64,000 nt of DNA from Octopus vulgaris (lineage: Eukaryota), in the NCBI GenBank assembly GCA_951406725.2, contig OX597837.1:40300001-40364000 (forward strand), written 5' to 3'. The translations under genes were made by a program, and so were the position numbers. Numbering within the stretch: the first letter of the stretch is position 1; the number at the start of each line of letters is the position of its first letter. Below the pieces are notes generated by a model that did no database searches, was not told the origin of the DNA, and worked only from the letters and a program-made list of their open reading frames with translations. Positions 54,356 to 64,000 of the stretch are shown here, one piece after another.

Positions 54356-54357
<2 letters not shown>
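54166..54357 (+). mobile_element. Family H1 element with minimal hammerhead at 54230-54264
   Basis: GTTT CCGACGA AGAGC TCC GCTC GAAA CG TT AAAC; (TA)n on both sides. Confidence 0.82.
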
Positions 54358-54386
<29 letters not shown>

Positions 54387-54890
54387 GCATGTATGTAATT
54401 TTTGCTTCTTTTTATGGAAACAAAAATGGTGGTGTATAGGACTGCAAAAAAGAAGTTCTCATATGAAATTGAGACAGAGACAGAAAAACATTGATTAGAG
54501 AACAAGCATCAAATTCGAGTCAACGACTTCTTATAACACCGCGCTTCCATACATTTAATTATATATAAAAGTACAGAAGGTAAAAAGATATATATGCTCA
54601 TAAAAATACAAAATATAAAGAAAGTCCTGTGAAGAAAATGTATTTAAAAATCGATTAAAATAGGTAATCAAAATGAAATACTAAAACACGTCTATCGACT
54701 AAATACGTTTTTTTGTTTAAATCGACTAAGAAAAGTTTTATTTTTTACCCCTCGATTAAAAGTACATCAAAATAGTTTGCTTTTAAAAAGCAATCTCTGG
54801 TAGATTGAAGCATAAGAAACGAAAGAGAGTTCCCCCAAAATTAGGTCAAAAACAAATCTATGACCACTATAGATATATATAAAATATATA

Positions 54891-55057
54891 TAGGAGTGGG
54901 TGTGTGGTAAGTAGCTTGTTTACGAACCACATGGTTCCGGGTTCAGTCCCACTGCGTGGCATCTTGGGCAAGTGCCTTCTACTATAGCCTCGGGTCGACC
55001 AAAGCCTTGTGAGTGGATTTGGTAGACGGAAACTGAAAGAAGCCCGTCGTATATATG

Positions 55058-55090
<33 letters not shown>

Positions 55091-55311
55091 ATGTTTGTGT
55101 GTCTGCGTTTGTCCCCCTAGCATTGCTTGACAACCGATGCTGGTGGGTTTACGTCGTCGTCACTTAGCGGTTCGGCAAAAGAGACCGATAGAATAAGTAG
55201 TGGGCTTACAAAAGAATAAGTCCCGGGGTCGAGTTGCTCGATTAAATGCGGTGCTCCAGCATGGCTGCAGTCAAATGACTGAAAAAAGTAAAAGAGTAAA
55301 AGAGTAAAAGA
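54891..55311 (+). mobile_element. SINE S3, full length
   Basis: tRNA-like head, internal (TA)(TG) tract, tail gcggtgctccagcatggctgcagtcaaatgactgaaa...(gtaaaaga)n. Confidence 0.92.
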
Positions 55312-55321
55312 CTAATATATA

Positions 55322-55575
55322 GTGGAGGCACATAGCTCAGTGGTTAGAACAGCGGACTCGCGGTCGAGGGATCGCGGGTTCGCGGTCGAGGGATCGCGGG
55401 TTCGCGGAATCTCAGACTAGGCAGAAGTTCTGCTGACTCTTTCGCCATAACTTTCTCTCACTCTTTCGTCCTGCACTAGCAGCTCACCTGCGATTGACCG
55501 GCGTCCCATCCAGGTGGGGAACCTATACGCCAAGGAAACCGGCCAATTATGTGCCAGGCATGGCTTGAGAAGGAA
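55322..55575 (+). mobile_element. tRNA SINE (4324-type head, V-like tail) with 22-bp tandem duplication in the head
   Basis: tcgcggtcgagggatcgcgggt occurs twice; cctgcgattgaccggcgtcccatccagg. Confidence 0.8.
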
Positions 55576-55585
55576 CAAACATACA

Positions 55586-55640
<55 letters not shown>

Positions 55641-56149
55641 GACAGGCTTCTTCCAGTTTCCATCTGCCAAATCTACTCACAGGGTTTTGGTCGGCTCGAG
55701 GCTATACTAAAAAACACTTGCCCAAGATGCCACGCAGTAGGACTGAACCCAGAAACATGTGGTTGGAAAGCAAATTTCTTACCACACAGGCACGCCGGCG
55801 CCTATGCCGATGAAAATATTAAAAGTACTTCGTCTCTAAAGATTAATTTACTAGATTGAATACAAAAATCAATACGTACACTTTACATGATCCAATACAT
55901 ACAAATTACACGAATCAATACATACGTACACGCACACTACCCTAACCCTACGGATTAGGGTATTGAACTCATTGATCGCTACATCACGGGTTTGATTCCC
56001 AGAGGAAAGCATTTTATTTCATGTCCTGCCCGTCCCCCTCAGCTATAACACAATAACCTGTGATGGAATAGCGTTCCGATCGGCTGGGATGTTGGCCTGC
56101 TAGCCTAGCCGACGGGGTGGCCTCATTCGAAAGCTAAACAATATGATGT

Positions 56150-56151
56150 GC

Positions 56152-56197
<46 letters not shown>

Positions 56198-56200
56198 CTA

Positions 56201-56262
<62 letters not shown>

Positions 56263-56280
56263 CATCTATCTATCCATCTA

Positions 56281-56325
<45 letters not shown>

Positions 56326-56338
56326 ATATCTATATATC

Positions 56339-56427
<89 letters not shown>

Positions 56428-56430
56428 GTA
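56150..56430. repeat. (CT)n/(TCTG)n/(TCTA)n microsatellite
   Basis: Direct inspection. Confidence 0.95.
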
Positions 56431-57443
56431 TATTTATATGTCTGTCTATCCATCTATATATATGTCTACCTATCTGTCCATATCTATGTGCATCCGTGTA
56501 TGAGAGAGCACTGTCTGTGTCCAAAGATTTATAAATATATATCTATTTGTTATCCTATGGCTGCTCGCGTGTTATTCGACGACACGAAATATTATTATTT
56601 ATTTTTAAAGAAACAATTTTTGAAAATTGTTCCCAGTAAATCAATTTAAAACTTCTCCTTCCATCATCTCTCAAAATCAATACGTATTCCATAATAATAC
56701 TATTAATCATAGACAGGAAATATATAAAATGAAATAAAATAAAATAAAATAAAATAGAATATTTACAATGAAGAAATACGTGAAACTTTAAAAAAAGTAT
56801 TTGTAGGACAAGGCATTTGAACTCTGAGGCTGTTATTCTTCCTTGTTCTCAAAACATATTCATCAAGCGAGGAATCTTCTTGGGAAAAGGTTATTTCAAC
56901 AACAGTAGAACATGAAATGTCAGCTCGGGAGGTCAGAGGTTAAGAACATCGAAATAAGCATATTCACGTATAATTTAAATTTGCATATATTAACCTTTAC
57001 GCGTGATATCGTATGGATTGTTGCACCCACAATACATACACATAGACACACAAGCACAAACACACACACACACACACATACCAACACACACACACGCACA
57101 CGCACATACACGCGCACACACAGGCACACACACAGGCACACACACAGGCACACACACAGGCACACACACACATTCTGACTCGCATATACACACATGCACG
57201 CACATGCACACACATATATACGTATATATATATGTGTGTGTATGTGTATATATGTATGAGCATGCATATATATATATAGTCATACATACATATAGTCATA
57301 CATACATATATACATACGCACGCACGTACATACGTCTGTTTGTGTGTGCGTGTGCATATATATATACATATATATTTATTTATTTATATATATATGCATA
57401 TATATGTATGTAATTTATATGTATGTATATATATACGATTTTA

Positions 57444-57498
<55 letters not shown>

Positions 57499-57967
57499 GT
57501 ATTTATATATATTTATATATGTATATGTGTGTGTGTGTAACTCCAAAATAGAATATATATTTCCATATTTTTGCATTTAGTTACAGACAAGTTTGAATAT
57601 TTGTCTTCATTTTCCTTTCGTTCTTGTGGGTGAGCCATACACATACGTACACATATACCCACATACATACACATACCTCATTATACACACATATACGGTC
57701 AGTTCAAAATCAATATTATACCGTACGTTGGCAAGTGTTTATAAATTTATTTCTAACACAGGTCAAGGGCCGCGGTTTTTCCTGTCGGGGAACGTTGAAG
57801 CAAGCGGACAACATGAAAGATAAGACTTCTGATGAACTTAGTACAACGAACACCAGAAGATCGATACACGAATTTGTCCCTGGAGGGTATTCGAACTAAA
57901 GGGACGTACCTCAATGCCGAAAGCTATTTCCCCACCTCTCTAACGATTTTTCATTAGATATGGTTAT

Positions 57968-58377
57968 AGGCGTTGGAGTGGCTGTGTGGTAAGTAGGTTG
58001 CTTACAAAACACATGGTTCTGAGTTCAGTCCCACTGCGTAATACATTGGGCAGGTGTCTTCTACTGTAGCCTCGGGCCGACCAAAGCCTTGTGAGTGGAT
58101 TTGGTTGACGGAAACTGAAAGAAGCCTGTCGTATACATGTATATATATGTATATATGTATGCGTGTGTATGTGTTTGTGCGTCTGTGTTTGTCCTCCCCA
58201 ACATCGCTTGACAACCGATGTTGGTGTGTTTACGTCCCCGTAACTTAGTGATTCGGCAAAAGAGACCGATAGAATAAGTACTGGTCTTACAAAGAATAAG
58301 TCCTGGGGTCGATGTGCTCGACTAAAGGAGGTGCTCCAGCATAGCCACAGTCAAATGACTGTAACAAGTAAAAGAGT
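57968..58377 (+). mobile_element. SINE S3, full length
   Basis: Aligns to 54891-55311. Confidence 0.92.
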
Positions 58378-58914
58378 ATTCTGAGATACAGAAACGGAAC
58401 TCAGACAAAACCAATTTTAATCTTCGAGATTATTGCTATGACCAATCCAATCCAATCCAATTTCTGTGCCCATCAGCGACTATGGGCCTTCTCATTGGAC
58501 AGACAGACGGATACAAAATACAAACTGTCAGTATATGAATAGAACAAGCTTTCGTTTTCGAATGTATTACTGTTCTAAGATTGGACAAGCAAAACGAAAG
58601 ACAGATAAACAGACACTAGATGCAGTCTTCAATATGGTGGCGTATAAAACCCGAATTCAGAATGCATATCAATGCGTCACGTCAGCGTTCCAGACTCAAA
58701 TACGCTGTAAGCACAGTGTTCAAGCTGTTGTTGGTTTTATAAGGTTCCGTTGTTGTTGTTGTTGTTGCTGTTATTGTTCGAAACAAATGTTCTTGTGTTG
58801 TTCACTTGAGACGCGTTGTAGAAGTGCAGGAGGAAAATGGCGGAAGTTTGAATCATGCCGTTGTAGTTGGATTATTGTGATTGTTGTTATTGATGATAGT
58901 GATGATGTTGACGG

Positions 58915-58954
<40 letters not shown>

Positions 58955-58982
58955 AGTGGTGGTGGTGGTGATGGTAGTGGTT

Positions 58983-59014
<32 letters not shown>

Positions 59015-59189
59015 AATGATGATGATGACAACGACGACAATGTTGATGCTGATGGTAGTAATCATGATGATGATGATGATGATGATGATAATGATGATGG
59101 CAACAACGACGATGATGCTGATGGTAGTAATCATGATGATGATGATGACGACATCGACGATGATGTTGATGCTGATAGTAGTGATGACG

Positions 59190-59229
<40 letters not shown>

Positions 59230-59234
59230 CCCAA

Positions 59235-59594
<360 letters not shown>

Positions 59595-59632
59595 ATAATT
59601 ATAAATTGCAGAAACAAAATATACAAAAAGGT

Positions 59633-59672
<40 letters not shown>

Positions 59673-59707
59673 ACCTTTTATATATATATCTTTATCATTA
59701 TAGAGGA

Positions 59708-59777
<70 letters not shown>

Positions 59778-60619
59778 TCATTAGAAGACTTGTTGCCTAT
59801 CCTAACTCGTAGGGTTCCCTGTATTCATTAGCCGCGATGTTAGTGACACACATATGAATTCAAATTGAAAGGGAGTCTAAGCTTTTCCCTTGCAGTTAAG
59901 TTACATCACTAAAGCTAGATCCTACAAGATAAGCTGTAAAAGCAATAATAATATCCGACTTTTCCCTGCAGAAAACTTCCTTGCAAAATTTCTCCATTTT
60001 TCCATTAGATAATGTTTACCAGATTTGAATCTAACCAAAGCTGTTTGATCGTTCTGTAACTCAATAAGGATTTGCAGTAAATTGTAAAGTCAATATTAGC
60101 TGCATTTAGCTCAAATAGAACCATTTCCCATCCTGATATCCCTAGTTTGTTCATCGTTATCAAAACGCCTAATCCGAATTTCACTAAGGTTCGCCATTAT
60201 TATTTGTTCTCTCTTTAAACCGCCATAACACATTACCAGAGTATTTCAGCAATATCTAATTCCATTTCTTTTTAATTTACTGAACAGATATTCCGCAGTA
60301 CCTTTGATGTTTGGAGATTGCTTATTACGTTATCAATAAGACCTACCATTATGGAACGTGTCTTGCTTTTAACTTTTAACTGACAATAAACTAACCCACC
60401 AGCTAATAAACTAAATGATTTATATATCATAATGATATACACTCTTTAAAATAATTGCCCAAGTGAATAGATTTCTGGATTTATCGTTCTTAATTCTTTT
60501 TTGTAAGGATATATCTATATGTAGATGCTAGCTACTAGAATTTATACGCAACGGGCCTATTTTTACAATGATATATATATGTGTGTATGTATGTATGTAT
60601 GTAGGTATGTATGTATGTA

Positions 60620-60714
<95 letters not shown>

Positions 60715-60718
60715 TACA

Positions 60719-60754
<36 letters not shown>

Positions 60755-60891
60755 TATATATAGCACAAGAGTAAAAAAGAGACAGAGACAGGCAGAAACA
60801 AGGAAAATGCCACTTGCATTTGAACACTATGCAAATATTCTTTTAAAAAACTTTAAATTTTTTACCAAAATTTTATTGTTTTCCATACTTA

Positions 60892-60927
60892 CAGTTGATA
60901 AAGTCTCAATTACTGAAACCGGTACTG
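60892..60927 (+). ncRNA. Decayed minimal hammerhead in a (TA)n-flanked ~210-bp element
   Basis: CAG TTGATAA AGT CTCAATT ACT GAAA CCGG TA CTG; two transitions away from CTGATGA; all three stems retained. Confidence 0.65.
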
Positions 60928-60972
60928 AAATGTTCTTTATAAAATTATTTTAGCATTTTCTATCTTGACTTT

Positions 60973-61019
<47 letters not shown>

Positions 61020-61070
61020 AGTTTTTTGCGTAATGAGATGAAAAACCAAGGCTGTGTAGTTATTAGAAAT

Positions 61071-61431
61071 TGCCAAATAAATGTGGTGGTCCCAGAGAGA
61101 ACGATGCTACTGTTGTTTTTAGCCCCAGGAGGACATCTCCTCCACTTGGCTAACGACACATTGCCTGTGTCTGATTAGTATTTGCGAGGAGAAATCATCG
61201 TTTCCATCTCTAGCCATACATGTTACACACAGACCCGTCATCAGGACGGGTTACTATTCAGAAACCCGGGTCTGTGTGTATCATGTAAGGCTAGAGATGG
61301 AAACGATAATTTTCCCTCGCAAATACTAATGGGACACAAACAGTGTGTCAGACAGCTGGAGGAGATGTCCTCCTGGGATTAAAAACAACAGTAGCATCGT
61401 CCTCTATGGGACCGCCCAGAGTTAGTTGGCA
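61071..61431. repeat. Imperfect foldback / MITE-like element (~165-bp arms)
   Basis: acgatgctactgttgttttta / taaaaacaacagtagcatcgt; atcgtttccatctctagcc / ggctagagatggaaacgat. Confidence 0.88.
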
Positions 61432-61472
61432 CTTATATTTTACGATTCCGTATAGCTACTGTAATATTGCCT

Positions 61473-61543
<71 letters not shown>

Positions 61544-61919
61544 CTGTGTGCGTGTATGTGCGTGTTTGTATGTGTGAGTGTGTGTGGATGTGAGTGCGTT
61601 TGGATGTATGTATCTCTCAGCGAGTATTTGAATTTTTCTTTTCCACCCCTGTAGATTCTGCGTTCCCTTTGTAATTTTCAATCCAGTTATATATATACGT
61701 AAGGATTTCTATGCGATACAGCAATACACCACTGGCCCCTTTAAATGTGGTCGATGCATCCAAAACATGTTATGTCGCTCACAGTACACACACACGCCTG
61801 CGCACGCGCCCCCGAAAGCTTATTTACGTCAATACACACATATATATGCACATACGTGAATAACTGCACACATACGTATAGATATATACATATATGTGAA
61901 AATGCATGCATACATACAT

Positions 61920-61969
<50 letters not shown>

Positions 61970-62025
61970 TTGTGTATATATATACATATACATACATATA
62001 TATTACATATATATATGTATGTGTT

Positions 62026-62059
<34 letters not shown>

Positions 62060-62061
62060 CT

Positions 62062-62125
<64 letters not shown>

Positions 62126-62749
62126 TATGTATATATACTTATATATATATATATACATATATGTATATATACATATATATATTATATATATACACATGTG
62201 TGTATGTGCGTACACATATATATCAGTATCTGATTCTTTCCCCATCTCGCTCTCATTTTCTTTACTCAAAGAGCGTGTCACACACACACACACACACACA
62301 CATCTTGTTTTCTTCTGAAAATATTGGAATACTATTAAAAACCGTTTTTACGATTCCTGCAAGATTATATTCCTCGTGCAACATATATATATGTAATCAA
62401 CTTCAATATGCAACTTTTGCTCTGTATTCATAATCTTTAATCCTGAACAATCCATGAACAACCAAAAGAAAACAGAACCAAAAAAAGGAAGAAGCTGAAA
62501 AGGGAAACAGAAAATTAAGAACCTAGAAAAAAAACCGGTGGGGGTTGATATGAAAGTGAATTTATTTGGTTAATACATGGTTAATGTCGTATTTCTTTTG
62601 TGATATGATCAAGAAACGTAAGCAGAGAAATGGTATAAAATTATGACTTTATATCTACATACGTGGCATGTAGTATCTGCTTGGTTTAGCGAGATGAATT
62701 TTTAATGTTAGATTTTCGTGTATAGGAGGTGCAGGCGTAGCTATGTGGT

Positions 62750-63065
62750 AAGCAGCTTCGCTTCTCAACCACATGTGGTTCCGGGTTCAGTCCCACTCCG
62801 CGGCAACTTGGGTATGTGTCTTTCCACTGCAGCCTCGGACCGACCAAAGAAGTGTGAGTGGATTTCGTGGATGGAAACTGAAGGAAGCCTGTCGTCTACA
62901 TATATGTATATACAGACACAGATACACATATATGTGTATACACACGCACAGAGATACACACAGACACACATATACGTACGCGTTTGTGTCTGTGTTTGTC
63001 CGGAAATCGTGGCTGACAAGAGATGTTGGTTTGACTACGTCCCCGCTACTCATTGGTTCGGCAGA
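62750..63065 (+). mobile_element. Degenerate SINE S3
   Basis: ggttccgggttcagtcccactccgcggcaacttggg. Confidence 0.75.
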
Positions 63066-63239
63066 TTAAAAGGGCCCGTCATGTATACATTTATATATAT
63101 TGATGCTTGCGTGTCTGTGTGTCTGTGTAGTAAGCCCCACCAACCACCGCTTGACAACTGGTGCTGGTGTCTTTACGACACACATACACACACATACACA
63201 CACATAAACACACACACACACGCATATATATATAGTTTA

Positions 63240-63305
<66 letters not shown>

Positions 63306-64000
63306 GCATACATGCATATATTAACACATACATATATGCACATATATACCTGCGTAAATGAATGAAAATATACATTTCTCCCTTTATTATGTGTGAATGT
63401 ACAGATGTATGTATGCACGTACGTATGTACCTATGCATACATACATACCCCTTTGCATGCGTGTACGTATGTAAGTGTATATGTTTGTAAAAGTTTACAA
63501 CCGACAGATTACCAAACCGTTTTCGTTCAGTTTTATTATCTGGACTTTGGTGAACAAGAAACACTTTTGCACCAAGTGCTGCGGAATTGCACCGAAGGTG
63601 GAACTATACGACTGCAAAGTCAAATAGTTCTTTAACACCACGATCACACGTTCCTCTGACACACATCTCAACCACACTGCTATCACATTTGAAACGGAAT
63701 CTACCAAAGATTCGTCACCATTATTCATATGCAAATTAATTTTAATACAGAGCTGTAAAATATTGAATGGTTCTGAGAATAATTAATCTGAAAACGATGA
63801 AATATAGAAAGAAACGTTGTTTACACATTGCCAAATTGTCTTTCTTCAAAGTGTCTTGTTTTGGTTCACAGGTGTAATTAATTCTTTGACTGATTGTTCT
63901 TCCAAAAGGTTTGACAGTTACGCAAACTTCCTCGGGGATATACAGAAATAATTCCAAGGAATCAATATCGGTTGTAATTTTTGGTTAAATAATCATAAGT

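Noticed and set aside
55938-55962. Telomeric CCCTAA/TTAGGG seed
   Set aside because: Only 1-2 units; the TTAGGG is part of a decayed SINE head
63495-63734. Possible exon or transposase N-terminus (SEERVIVVLKNYL)
   Set aside because: Weak resemblance only; no TIR, catalytic domain or convincing splice sites

Overview
AT-rich, repeat-saturated metazoan DNA, intergenic or intronic. The SINE repertoire and microsatellite density suggest a coleoid cephalopod such as Octopus (inference). No intact protein-coding gene is supportable, and nearly all ORF-track hits are translated microsatellites. The window holds several modular tRNA-derived SINE families, mariner relics, RTE LINE fragments, an (AAT)n-associated ~550-bp element, foldback palindromes and local duplications. 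Three signals stand out. (1) About a dozen type I hammerhead ribozyme motifs, some near-intact, with palindromic stem III, mostly in short non-coding elements embedded in (TA)n tracts (Penelope-like/retrozyme-like); some share variant catalytic cores. (2) A 14 x 183-bp head-less SINE concatemer whose unit junction lies in a hairpin loop of the SINE head and recurs at an independent locus, suggesting programmed self-targeting or template jumping. (3) The (AAT)n element occurs twice as a tail-to-tail long(+)/short(-) pair with matching breakpoints and carries a SECIS-like hairpin. All folds and alignments were done by eye, and many boundaries are approximate.
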